Assembly (NCBI GenBank): GCA_965223415.1 | Contig: OZ245002.1 | Location: forward strand, 4,128,001 to 4,192,000 | Direction of reading: 5' to 3' | Origin: Myxococcota bacterium | GTDB taxonomy: Bacteria; Myxococcota_A; UBA9160; UBA6930 | Length of the DNA: 64,000 bases | Shown here: piece by piece, positions 50,401 to 58,927 of the stretch | Position numbering within the stretch: position 1 is the stretch's first letter | How the letters are laid out: each line of letters begins with the position of its first letter | Made by a program: the position numbers and the translations under genes | The notes under the pieces: model-generated | Told to the model about the DNA's origin: nothing | The model's database searches: none | What the model saw: the letters and a program-made list of their open reading frames with translations, nothing else

Positions 50401-50494
50401 CCGTCCCGAAGGAGTCGACCGCCGAGGCGGCGGTCGGCAGCAGGAGGGTGCCGGCCAGCAGCAGGCGGAGGAGGGCGGAGACGGGATGACGCAT
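47489..50494 (-). CDS. Large secreted protein: CxxCH motif, seven cadherin/Ig-like repeats, duplicated C-terminal domain
   Basis: Signal peptide from ATG 50494; CTMCH; seven roughly 96-aa repeats N.PP.L..IGN..VNEG...DPDGD...DNGDGTG...WTP. Confidence 0.85.
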   Translation of the reverse strand: MRHPVSALLRLLLAGTLLLPTAASAVDSFGTAVDAICAPATPYADMRDGMLTECTMCHNSSFPTDLPDGGDVDPVAKMHWDNGNLAFFCNVGGGSNTAPTLAAIGAKMTTEGQRLSFGVSASDPDAGDVLTLTAAPLPGTATFTDNGDGTGSFDWTPAMGQAGVYNVTFAVSDDAATPGTAMETVAITVFNANQAPVLGAIGNQAVNEGTNLMVNVSASDPDGDGLSLAASNLPTGATFNDAGNGTGTLAWTPGYNQAGNFTVTVTATDDGSPMLSDAETFMISVGDVNRPPVLAAIGNQAVNEGEALNLDLSASDPDGDGLAITAMSAPTGSAFTDNGDGTASFSWTPGFGSTGNYNVTFTVTDTGSPPASDAETIQIAVGNVNRPPMLTPIGNRAVNENELLSFTVTATDPDGDALALTVAGLPTGATWNDNGDGTGAFAWTPAFNQGGNHQVSFTATDNGTPVQAVTEAISISVGNVNRPPVLTPIGNQVVNEGVLLQLALQATDPDGDGLTIALAGAPLGMALQDNGDGTGTLAWTPGFGDAGNRNVTVSVTDDGTPAAMDQEAVMITVGDVNRPPTLAPIGNKAGNTNQLLSFTVTGTDVDGDAVTCSATGVPMGATFTDNGDGTGSFTWTPGAGDVGSHPVTFTVSDGSLSANEAITIGIGVVNNPPTLTPIGNRTVLQGQTLAFTVMAADPDGNGLALAATNLPAGAALTDNGDGTAGFSWTPGTGQTGSYDATFTVTDDGVPPMSDSEVVNLAIQGGAGAFGIDEAIWWDTWGGHLAVRGSGAPGGAAVELLDADSGNVLATLMANRGGAFKTGQCRMVRDSRRRKGKRPVFRCLAPAQAPCNVQVRTGVQLSARMAVTNAPAQCGPASPMLLSAEGVHRFRMRGSRLGRILVVGGQHAGAGEALEIRDAETDQVLGMTTADGTGRFKWSSQKANACFVRVVGAAGVSAPDKLALKKGAGVGGREMRALRRRWRARCTDPGSFPTPAAFGAGS

Positions 50495-50742
50495 TGGGAT
50501 CGGGGCCTCGTGCGGAGATGGCTCGCAGCCGACCGGTCGACGGACCTGTCCGCGAGTTTCACCCCTTCGGACGCGGCCAAACCGCCCCGGGTGAGCCAGC
50601 TCACGGCAGGGCGTGCGCAGGCGGGAGGCACCTGCGCACGGACGAAGGGGGGGGCGGGCGGCGGGGGCCGCTGTGTGCGGTTCCAGCGGGACTGGATCCC
50701 CGTTTGCCAAGGCCCGCCACCGTGCCTAGCCTTCGTGGGCTT

Positions 50743-51111
50743 GGGGGCGATCGGCTTCGACGGGTGGTCGAAGGCGTTCGCTGCGTGTCGAGGAGGCTAC
50801 GTCCCTCGTAAATCCCGTGGCACTGTTGGTAGCTTCATACCTGCCGACGATAACTACGCTCTCGCTGCCTAGTTGACCCTGGGCTAGCGACGTCCGTCCC
50901 CGACGCCTTCTAGGGGGTCGCGGGCGTCATCAGAAGGCTCGGCCGTCGGCCGCTGGCAGGCCGCCACCGAACGGCGACATCGACGTTCTGCCAAGGAGCG
51001 CCTCCTCCCGTCCCCGCGACTGGGCGCCCCGAGATCGAGCGGGGACTACACACGTAGACGCGACCGTCGGACATCACGCGGACGCGGGTTCGATTCCCGC
51101 CGCCTCCACCA
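50743..51111 (+). ncRNA. ssrA: tmRNA; tag (A)ADDNYALAA at 50843-50872
   Basis: 5' GGGGGCGA..GGCTTCGAC, tag reading frame ending YALAA-stop, 3' T-arm GGGTTCGATTCCC and CGCCTCCACCA. Confidence 0.97.
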
Positions 51112-52373
51112 ATAACTTCTCGATTCTGCTGCGGTTTTCTTGGCGCCTTCGCGCCCTGCACCCCGTCCGCGCCCCGTGGAGGGCGCAGGACTTCGAGCAG
51201 CGCACGGTCGGCCATGCCCGCGTAGCGCCGCGTCGAGCGCACGTCGGCGTGGCCGAGGAAGGTCTGGAGGGCGCGCTCCGAGACGCCGGGGGCCGCCGCA
51301 TCCGTGGCGAAGGTGTGCTTCGTGCCGGCGTAGAGACTCACCTTTACACCCACCCGCTTGCACGCCTCGATCCAGGTGCGGCGCAAGCTGGTCCCGGACC
51401 AACGGCCGCGAGGTCGGATCCCGCGGCCGCTCCAGGGCACGGTGAAGAGCGGCTCCGCGCGGAGGCGTCCCTCGCGTGCGACTTGCTTCGCGATCCACTC
51501 CTGAAGCACCTGCGGCACCGGCAGCCGCTTCACCTTGCCCGTCTTCGTCGAGCGGATCGGCGAGTCGAGGCGGTCACCCTTGCGTGCCTTGCTCACCGTG
51601 AGCCAGCCGTCGTGGTAGTCGGCCACGTCGAGAGCCACGGCCTCACCGGGCCGCAGGCCCATGAGTGCCATGGCGAGATAGATCCCGCGCCGGTCCTCGG
51701 GAATCGCGTCGAGGATCTCGTCCTGCGTGCGCGCCGAGAGCGGCGCGGGCGTCCGTTCCCGCCGCTTCGGCCAGGGGTACTCGCGCGGGAGCTCGCGGAT
51801 CTCCTCGCGCCGGTAGAGCCAGCCGAGGAACGAGCGGAACGCCGCCAGTATGTTCCAGCGCGTCTTCGGCGACAGCCCGCGATCCGCCAGCCAGTGCGAC
51901 CAATCCTCCAGCGCCGCATAGCTCACTTCGTGGATGCTGCGCCCGGCCCACCAGGAGAAGTGGCCGTTCGGCGCCAGGTAGCACTCGAGCTCGCGCACGT
52001 ACGTCGGGCTCCGGTCGCCGGCCTCCGCTTCCCGCTTCTTCACCGCCAGCCAGTGCACGGCGCGTGCGAGCACCAGGTTGATCGCGTGGCCGGAGGGCAG
52101 GAAGATTGCCATCGCCTCGTCGACCGTGGCGCCCTGGGCGATGCGCGAACGGATCAGCTCGAGCGCACGGCTCGCGCTCTCCTCGGTCCACGGCATCCGG
52201 CCGCCCGGCACGGGCTGCGACCAGATCCGACGCTCCCCGCCACCCGCCTTGGGAAGCTCGACGTAGATGCGGCCGTCCTTGTGCCGCCTGACCGCCCCGA
52301 AGTCGCCCATCTCCAGCCAGGCCATAGCATGCGCGGCAGCGGCCTGGGAAGGGAACTGGCACCGGTACCCCAT
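50910..52373 (-). CDS. Tyrosine recombinase/integrase; C-terminus reads across att into antisense tmRNA
   Basis: GLRPGE, STKTG, YAGTKHTFAT, FLGHAD, TRRY; ATG 52373 with GGAGG RBS. Confidence 0.88.
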   Translation of the reverse strand: MGYRCQFPSQAAAAHAMAWLEMGDFGAVRRHKDGRIYVELPKAGGGERRIWSQPVPGGRMPWTEESASRALELIRSRIAQGATVDEAMAIFLPSGHAINLVLARAVHWLAVKKREAEAGDRSPTYVRELECYLAPNGHFSWWAGRSIHEVSYAALEDWSHWLADRGLSPKTRWNILAAFRSFLGWLYRREEIRELPREYPWPKRRERTPAPLSARTQDEILDAIPEDRRGIYLAMALMGLRPGEAVALDVADYHDGWLTVSKARKGDRLDSPIRSTKTGKVKRLPVPQVLQEWIAKQVAREGRLRAEPLFTVPWSGRGIRPRGRWSGTSLRRTWIEACKRVGVKVSLYAGTKHTFATDAAAPGVSERALQTFLGHADVRSTRRYAGMADRALLEVLRPPRGADGVQGAKAPRKPQQNREVIGGGGGNRTRVRVMSDGRVYVCSPRSISGRPVAGTGGGAPWQNVDVAVRWRPASGRRPSLLMTPATP

Positions 52374-53068
52374 CGATCCTCCCTCGCTCGCAGCGAGAGG
52401 CGCGGAGAACCGGATCCGGGAGGGCGACGAGAATCCACAAGAGCAATCGCCGTGCCGAAGAAGCCGTAGATCCGAGGAGCCGTTCATCAGCTCTCCGGAG
52501 CCTCACCGGCTGCTCAGGGCCCGCTCGCTGGCACTCGCTGGTTCCCGCCGTCGCGCCAACTCCCGTTGTTGGGCGGCGCCGCATCCGCAGCTGTGCCGCC
52601 AGTTGGCGGGGCGCTTGTTCGCAGGGCTACGGAAGGGCGGAGTGCACCGCGACGGAATCACGTTCGCACGGCGACGAGAACAACTCGGTGCGATCGATCG
52701 GCTGCGATGGCAGCTCGCGGTTACGGCAAGATAAGAGGGGGCCGGTGGTCGCGGAACCCATTGGTTCTACGACGGATCTCGTGGGCGGTTCGCGTGGCTG
52801 CGGGCCGGTCCGGGCCGGTTCGGCGCGGAGTACTTCGGGCGTCATCAGTCACACGTCAGGTTCGCGAAGATCGGCTCTGTCGCCTTCCATTCGTGGTCAC
52901 GACACCCGGCCGCTCGACTGCCGCGGGCCATGACGAAGGCTGAGGAAGTCGTGACCGGCTGTTGGCGCCGGGGCGTGGACGGACGGGCTCTGTTTCCTCC
53001 CATGGAACGCCGAGGCGCGTTCTCCATGCGCCTGGCAACGGGCACGGAGCTGGCAATCGCTCGTCAGG

Positions 53069-54754
53069 ATGGGCTTCGACGCTCTTCCCGTTCCCCATGG
53101 GCATGGCGCCAGCGGACATGGCAAGAAGCACGGCTACGCGCGGCGCCGCCCCGAGGAGAGCGTCCTCTACGGTGTGGTCCAGACGGAGCTCGAGACTTTC
53201 CTGGCTCGCGCGCAGGCACGTGAACGCCCTGTGCCGCGGTTCGTCGAGCGCGAGCTTCGGGGATTTCTCCGCTGCGGCATCCTCGCCCACGGCTTCGCGC
53301 GCGTGCACTGCGACGGCTGCGGACTCGACCGGGTCGTCGCCTTCTCCTGCAAGGGCCGCGGCTTCTGTCCGTCCTGCGGAGGACGACGCATGGCCGACAC
53401 GGCGGCGCACCTGGTGGATCGGGTCCTGCCGGAGGTGCCCGTCCGGCAGTGGGTGCTCTCGCTGCCCTTCGCGCTCCGCTACCGCCTCGCCTACGACGCG
53501 CCGCTCACGAGCGCCGTGCTGGGCGTCTTCGTACGCACGGTGTTCGCTTCGCTACGGCGTCGAGCGCGCAAGCGGTGGGGCGTCGCCCGCGGCCAGTGCG
53601 GCGCGGTCACCTTCGTGCAGCGCTTCGGCGGCGCTCTCAACCTGAACGTCCACTTCCACTCCTTGCTGCTCGACGGTGCCTACGCGGCGGGACCGGACGG
53701 CGCCCTGCGCTTCCTTCCCCTCCCTCCGCCAGACGATGCCGAGGTCGAGCGGGTCGTGGCGCAGGTCGCCCGGCGTCTTCGAGGGCTCCTCGAGCGCCAA
53801 GGTCTCGGCCCCGAAGCGGACCTGGCCGATGTTGATCCCCTGGCCGAGGGCGAGCCTCTTCTGGCCCAGCTCTACGGCGCCTCCGTCGCCGGACGTATTG
53901 CCACGGGCCGCCGCGCGGGCAAGCGCGTCGTCCGCGTGGGAGACCGCATCGACCTCGAGGATCTGCCGGCGCTCGAGGGCGAGCGCTGCGCGAGCGTGAG
54001 CGGCGTGAGCCTCCACGCGAACGTGGCCGTCCCGGCTCGCGACCGCCGGCGTCTGGAGCGGCTGTGCCGCTATGTGGCACGCCCTCCGGTCGCGACCGAG
54101 CGACTCTCGCGGCTCGAGGATGGGCGGCTCCTCTACCGCCTCAAGCACCGCTGGCGCGACGGCACGACCCATGTCGTCTTCGAGCCGCAGGAGCTGGTCG
54201 AGAAGCTCGTGGCCCTGGTTCCCCCGCCCCGCGTCCACCTCGTGCGCTACCACGGGATCCTGGGCCCGTGTGCGGGCGCGCGGGACCGCGTCGTGCCGGG
54301 CTCGTCGACCCCAGAGGGGCGGGTCCGCCCGCCGCCGAGAAAGCCGGCCGTGGATCTCCCTGCGGCGACATCCAGCACGACGCCAGTCGAAGAGAAACGG
54401 CGGGATTCGGCTCCCGACCGCTGCAAGCCACTGGGCCAAGACGAGAACGGAGCGACACCGGCGCCTTCCGGTCCCCAGGAGCCCGCGTCCGCGCTTGGCG
54501 ATTCGACGCCCCGCCCTCGACGACTGGCCTGGGCCGAACTCTTGCGGCGCGTCTTCGCAGCCGACGTCCTCGAATGCCCGCGCTGCGGCGGACGCATGCG
54601 GCTGCTGGCCGCGATCCAGCCGCCCGACGCCACCGGCGCCATCCTCGACTCCCTCGAGCTGCCTAGCCGTGCCCCACCCACGGCTCCGGCCCTCCCCGAT
54701 CCGCGGGATGCCGAGGAGTGGACCGGCGACTTCCAAGCGACCCTCCGAGTCTGA
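53069..54754 (+). CDS. IS91/ISCR-type rolling-circle (HUH) transposase
   Basis: CDGC..SCKGRGFCPSCG zinc domain, NVHFH (HUH), LERLCRY single-Tyr ISCR-type motif, W..LLRRVF..D...CPRCGG. Confidence 0.92.
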   Translation: MGFDALPVPHGHGASGHGKKHGYARRRPEESVLYGVVQTELETFLARAQARERPVPRFVERELRGFLRCGILAHGFARVHCDGCGLDRVVAFSCKGRGFCPSCGGRRMADTAAHLVDRVLPEVPVRQWVLSLPFALRYRLAYDAPLTSAVLGVFVRTVFASLRRRARKRWGVARGQCGAVTFVQRFGGALNLNVHFHSLLLDGAYAAGPDGALRFLPLPPPDDAEVERVVAQVARRLRGLLERQGLGPEADLADVDPLAEGEPLLAQLYGASVAGRIATGRRAGKRVVRVGDRIDLEDLPALEGERCASVSGVSLHANVAVPARDRRRLERLCRYVARPPVATERLSRLEDGRLLYRLKHRWRDGTTHVVFEPQELVEKLVALVPPPRVHLVRYHGILGPCAGARDRVVPGSSTPEGRVRPPPRKPAVDLPAATSSTTPVEEKRRDSAPDRCKPLGQDENGATPAPSGPQEPASALGDSTPRPRRLAWAELLRRVFAADVLECPRCGGRMRLLAAIQPPDATGAILDSLELPSRAPPTAPALPDPRDAEEWTGDFQATLRV

Positions 54755-54891
54755 GCGCTGGGGCCGGCTCGGGACCGACGGGCCAAGCCGTTTCGACCGC
54801 GGCTGGGCTGGCCCGAGGGAGACGTCCGCCCGCAATTCGCAGCGCAAGCGCCGACGAACGGCGACCGGACAGCGCGACCCGCTTGAATGCC

Positions 54892-54983
54892 CCGCCTACG
54901 GTCTCGCTAGACCGAAATCCCCCGGGGAGTTGTCATTTTGGGGGTTATCGGACCTCGAACGCCCGCTTGTCCGGCCTATCCGC
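54892..54983 (+). repeat. 92-bp oriIS-like end, copy 1
   Basis: Identical to 57018-57109; begins and ends with CCGC; ends CGCTTGTCCGGCCTATCCGC. Confidence 0.9.
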
Positions 54984-55862
54984 GGGACCCAGTTGCTGGA
55001 GGGGGAGGGGCGCTGTCGCCGTATCACCTGCCCCTTCCATAGCTGGGCCTATGGCTTGGATGGCAACCTACTGGCAGCGCCCCATATGGAGGCGAGCAAG
55101 AGCTTCGATCGTGCTCAATTCGGCCTGCTGGAATTGCCGCTTGCGGAGCGTGCTGGCCTCCTCTTCTTGCATTTGGGGAGTAAGCCAGGCGACCTGGACG
55201 ATCAGCTTGGCGACTTCGCCACCCTGCATGCCCCCTGGCCGCTGCAGGATTTGGTCTCGACACGGCGCCGGAACCTCGAGGTCGACTGCAACTGGAAGGC
55301 CTTCCTGGAGGTCTTTAACGAGTACTATCACCTAAGGTACGTGCATCCCAAGACCATCGACGGCCTATATCAAGCCCCCGACTTACCCGATCAAACCTCT
55401 GGCAGCTATGCCAGCCAATTCGGCGAGACCAGCGGTACCGGCGCCTTGCTGCGCGAGCAGCAGGAGCACGCCCTGCCGGTGATGCCCCGCCTAGAGGGAC
55501 GCTGGAGCCGGGGTGTGCGCTATACTTGGCTCTTCCCCAACATGACCTTCGCCGCCGGCCGCGAAGCCCTTTGGATGTACGAGGCCTATCCCCTGGGGCC
55601 AGACCGCTGCCGGGTTACTCAGACCATTTGCTTTCCGCCGGAAACCATCGCGGCTACCGGATTTGAGGATCGCGCCAGTGCCTATTACCAGCGCCTCGAT
55701 GCGGCATTGGAAGAAGACATTGTGGTTCTGGAACGCCAGCAGCGCGGCCTGGCGTCCACGCACGCGCGTGCCGGCCCCTTTGCCGCCCGTCTGGAGCCCA
55801 GCGTTGCCGCCTTCGCCGCCTGGTACGCCCGCCAACTCCTCGAAACGCCAGACACTCCCTAG
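54984..55862 (+). pseudogene. 5'-truncated Rieske aromatic ring-hydroxylating oxygenase alpha subunit
   Basis: Starts at (H)RGTQLL, retains CPFHSW and NWK..E.FNEYYH...VHP, lacks the first CxH and the N-terminus. Confidence 0.85.
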
Positions 55863-56359
55863 CCCGGCATGAAGGGAATATCGGTGTCGTCCAGCGTGCA
55901 GCCGGCGGCGGTGAGCATGGCGTGCACTTGGCCGCGGTGGTGGGTTTGGTGATTGAACATGTGGGTGACGAGCAGCCACTTGGGCTTGGATACCTCGCGC
56001 CCAACGGCACCCGAAAACCAGGCAAAATCGCCTTCAAGCCAAGCGGGATCGAGGTTTTCCGCCCAGTCGATGATGACCTGGTCGAAGGCCGGCCGCTCGA
56101 CCATCAGCTCGGACCACTCGTAGTGATTGCCTGAATCGGGGATTCCGGATGCCTTTGGAGCCGGGATGTCGGCAAAACGGCTCATCCAGATCTGATCACC
56201 CCACAAAATATGGCTCAAGGTTGCGTGGATGGAGCCAAAGAAGGCACCGCGTGGTTGCTGGCGTTCCACCTCGTTCAAGCCGCCGGCGGCCCGGTAGTGG
56301 CTTTGGTTCTGCCAGCAGTTATAGGCGGCCATCGTCTTTACATAGTCGGTTGTAATCAC
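55859..56359 (-). CDS. DinB family protein
   Basis: YN.WQN, FFGSIHATLSHILWGD..W, HMFNHQTHHRGQ. Confidence 0.9.
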   Translation of the reverse strand: MITTDYVKTMAAYNCWQNQSHYRAAGGLNEVERQQPRGAFFGSIHATLSHILWGDQIWMSRFADIPAPKASGIPDSGNHYEWSELMVERPAFDQVIIDWAENLDPAWLEGDFAWFSGAVGREVSKPKWLLVTHMFNHQTHHRGQVHAMLTAAGCTLDDTDIPFMPG

Positions 56360-56458
56360 AGTGGGTCTCCCTTCTGCGCAGTTTGCGCGACCGGCCACAC
56401 AATGCCATCGGGGCCCCGAAGGGCCCCGCGGATCGAACTGGTCTCTCTCGCAACGCCG

Positions 56459-57017
56459 CTATGAGACGTGATAGAGCGACTGCGCCGATACCATGGCGAA
56501 GAGCATGGGGATCGAGAGCAGGGTGTTGGTGCGCGAAAACAGCATCGCCGTGCGGGCGGCTGCCGCCTTGGCTGTCGCGTCAACCTCGACCATGCCCAGA
56601 GCCTTCTTCTGGTTGGGCCAAATCACGAACCAAACGTTGAACCACATGATCATGCCAAGCCACATGCCGATGCCAATAGAGGTATGACCAATCTCGCCGG
56701 AAGTGGCGCCCAGAGTAAGGGCGTCGACCAGATAGCCATTCATCATGGCCAGGATAAGGCCGGTGACGATGGTTGCCATGGCGCCCCAGCGGAACCACCA
56801 CAAGGCAGCCGGAGCAATCACCTTGCCAATCGCCGGTTTTTGGTCGTCAGGGATATTCGGCATGTTGGGAATCTGTACGAAATTGAAATACCACAAGAGA
56901 CCGATCCACATGACGCCGCTTAAGACATGCAGCCAGCGGAAGAAGAACTTGCCGAATTCGGCACCTGTGTATCCCCAGGCGAAGTAGATGATGAATAAGA
57001 TCAGCGCCAAGACAAAG
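56459..57017 (-). pseudogene. PuuD/urate-oxidase N-terminal-type membrane protein, probably 5'-truncated
   Basis: FFRWLHVLSGVMWIGLLWYFNFVQ, ALWWFRW, FSRTNT; frame runs into the 92-bp repeat; TTG at 57010 could be an alternative start. Confidence 0.7.
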
Positions 57018-57145
57018 CCGCCTACGGTCTCGCTAGACCGAAATCCCCCGGGGAGTTGTCATTTTGGGGGTTATCGGACCTCGAACGCCCGCTTGTCCGG
57101 CCTATCCGCCCTATCCGCATCCGCGGATCACGCCTATCCGACCGC
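57018..57145 (+). repeat. 92-bp oriIS-like end, copy 2, followed by stuttered CCTATCCGC units
   Basis: 57018-57109 identical to copy 1; extra CCTATCCGC 57110-57118, ATCCGC 57119-57124, CCTATCCG 57133-57140. Confidence 0.9.
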
Positions 57146-57211
57146 TTCGCGCTGTTGAGGGGGCGGAGGCACGACACACGGGCCCGACGGATTGCCTTCG
57201 GCCTCAGCTCC

Positions 57212-57613
57212 CTAGGGAGCGATGATCTCGAGCCCGGGGAAGTACGTGCGGTAACGCGTCGCATCCCGGGTAACCAGGATCAGTCCTGCGACCGCCGCAT
57301 GGGCGCCGATGTAGAAGTCGGGCAGGGGGGACCTCCGCGGGCCGCGCCGGCGCCGATATCGTACGAAGCACTTCCCGGCCAGGAAGGCCGCCTCCCAGGG
57401 CAGGGAAAGTCGGAGGAAGTCCTCCTCGGGAAGGGCGTCCTGGAGATCCTCGACCCGCTCGAACCGGATCGACACCTCGGCATAGATCAACGGGTTGATC
57501 GCGAGCGCAGAGCTCTCGGCGCACTCGGCGAGCGTCTCCCCGGACCACGCGGACCACTCCGGGTCCTCGGTCATGATGTCGAGCAGGACGTTGCTGTCGA
57601 CGAGGACGGTCAG
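57212..57613 (-). CDS. vapC: VapC (PIN domain) toxin
   Basis: VLVDSNVLLD, IYAEVS, PDFYIGAHA, LVTRD..RY; start apparently CTG at 57613. Confidence 0.85.
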   Translation of the reverse strand: MTVLVDSNVLLDIMTEDPEWSAWSGETLAECAESSALAINPLIYAEVSIRFERVEDLQDALPEEDFLRLSLPWEAAFLAGKCFVRYRRRRGPRRSPLPDFYIGAHAAVAGLILVTRDATRYRTYFPGLEIIAP

Positions 57614-57849
57614 CGACCGCCCCGGGTCAGCGCCAGGATCTCGTCCGTGGTCATTCGAACCGATCCGCGGCCGCGCAGTCGCTCGACGATGGACTTTCCG
57701 CGGCGCCCCGCACGGCCGGCGCGTCGGACCTTTCGCAGCCGGACGGCCTTGCCGACGATCTCGAACTCGACCTCGGTGTTGGGCAGCAGGCCGAGCTTCT
57801 CGCGGATCTCGACGGGGATGGTCACCTGGCCCTTGGTGGTGATCTTCAT
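57610..57849 (-). CDS. vapB: AbrB/MazE-type antitoxin
   Basis: MKITTKGQVTIPVEIREKLGL.P.TEVEF; C-terminal MTTDEILALTRG. Confidence 0.9.
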   Translation of the reverse strand: MKITTKGQVTIPVEIREKLGLLPNTEVEFEIVGKAVRLRKVRRAGRAGRRGKSIVERLRGRGSVRMTTDEILALTRGGR

Positions 57850-57850
57850 G

Positions 57851-57872
57851 GTATTACCTCGAGAAGTAATAC
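57851..57872. promoter_or_regulatory. Inverted-repeat operator of the TA operon
   Basis: GTATTAC-N8-GTAATAC immediately upstream of the antitoxin ATG. Confidence 0.7.
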
Positions 57873-58085
57873 TACAGGAGACCGGGTACGCGGGCACCGC
57901 CCGGGTGGCACCTCGTCGTCTTGTCCAGCGCCCCGTCCGCGCCCCGATCCCGGCTTGGAAGTGCCCGATTTCCCTGACTTCTTGCCTCCCTGCCGGCGGG
58001 TTCGATTCCCGCCGCCTCCACCAATAACTCCCCGGAATCGCCACGCTTCGCGAACCGCGATTCCGCCGTCCGCCCGGATGGCCAA

Positions 58086-58927
58086 TCATCCGAGGGCCTC
58101 TGAGCAGCAGAACCGCACCTTCTCTCCTGATCCGCATGGACAGGGCAAGTACGGCCCGATCCGGTTCTGGGCGCACTTCTCTTCGAGAATCCGCCGGAGA
58201 GTTTTCCACGGCCTTGTCGGCGTAGCGTACGTCGTTCCAGATGGCCGCTTGCGGAGGCCCAGTCTGAGGAGGCTTGGCGACGTACAAGCGGCTGAACTCG
58301 TCACGCGCCCGCTCCGACACGGCGGCGGGTACGGCCCGCGACAGCCCGCTGTTGACGGAGACGGCGACGTCGGCGGCTTCGCTCGCCTGCAGCCGACCGA
58401 GAACCTCCGGCCGGAGTTCGTCGGCAGCAGCCGTCCCTCGGAAAGCCCGTATCGCGTCGATGATCGCGGGCCCTGCTCCAGCGCCCAGATCCGCGGAGAA
58501 CCTCCCCGCGACGACATCTCCCGTGGCCGCTTCCGCCCATTCCTCCGCTGGTAGAGCTGCGAAGGCTGTCCCTGCAAGGAGGGCCTTCGCGAACCAAGGA
58601 CTCAAGCCGGGCTGACCCCAGCAAGTTGTGCAGCCGGTCGAGGGACCGGACTGGAGCGAACAGGCGCACAAAGCACACGAGGCCGCCGATCAGGTCGTGA
58701 ATCGCGCTCGTCTCTGGGTTGGGAAGCTCGGCGTTGAAGCGGGTGCCCGCTACCAGCTGGTTGGTGTTGCCCGATTCGCTCTGCAGGTCTGCCGTCGCGG
58801 AGGTTCTCCACGTGCCCGACGGATGGAGTTCAATCGGGTTGTTGGCGCGGGATGCGATCTCCTCGACAACCGAGATGGAGGTCCGATGATCCTTCAGCTT
58901 CTCCGGGGCGTACCGGATGACACGCAC
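58086..58927 (-). pseudogene. Fragmented SEC-C motif protein
   Basis: C-terminal CPCGSGEKVRFCC in one frame; protein-like pieces spread over three frames. Confidence 0.5.

Larger units (their letters stand above)
51084..58029. mobile_element. tmRNA-integrated genomic island 1
   Basis: 34-bp direct repeat GCGGGTTCGATTCCCGCCGCCTCCACCAATAACT at 51084-51117 and 57996-58029; integrase at the left end. Confidence 0.9.

Noticed and set aside
50495..50742. Cyclic-dinucleotide riboswitch upstream of the cadherin-repeat gene
   Set aside because: Hairpins are present but I could not match c-di-GMP-I/II or c-di-AMP consensus elements
53035..53056. Sigma-54-like promoter before the ISCR transposase (GGCACGGAGCTGGC)
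   Set aside because: The -12 element deviates from TTGC and such matches are common at this GC content
52374..53068. Possible excisionase/regulator gene and the terIS end of the ISCR element
   Set aside because: No ORF with a recognisable motif; several CCGC sites and hairpins exist but none can be singled out as the left end
54072..55862. 596-aa ORF fusing IS sequence to the Rieske fragment
   Set aside because: The N-terminal part is an alternative frame of the transposase; no well-spaced RBS in the 92-bp unit; the Rieske cluster motif is incomplete
57101..57145. CRISPR-like repeats
   Set aside because: Units are 9 bp or shorter with no regular spacers and there are no cas genes in the window
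57996..58029. tRNA-like sequence (also 63620-63645)
   Set aside because: Only the T-arm and acceptor 3' strand are present and they are identical to the tmRNA 3' end; these are att copies, not tRNA genes
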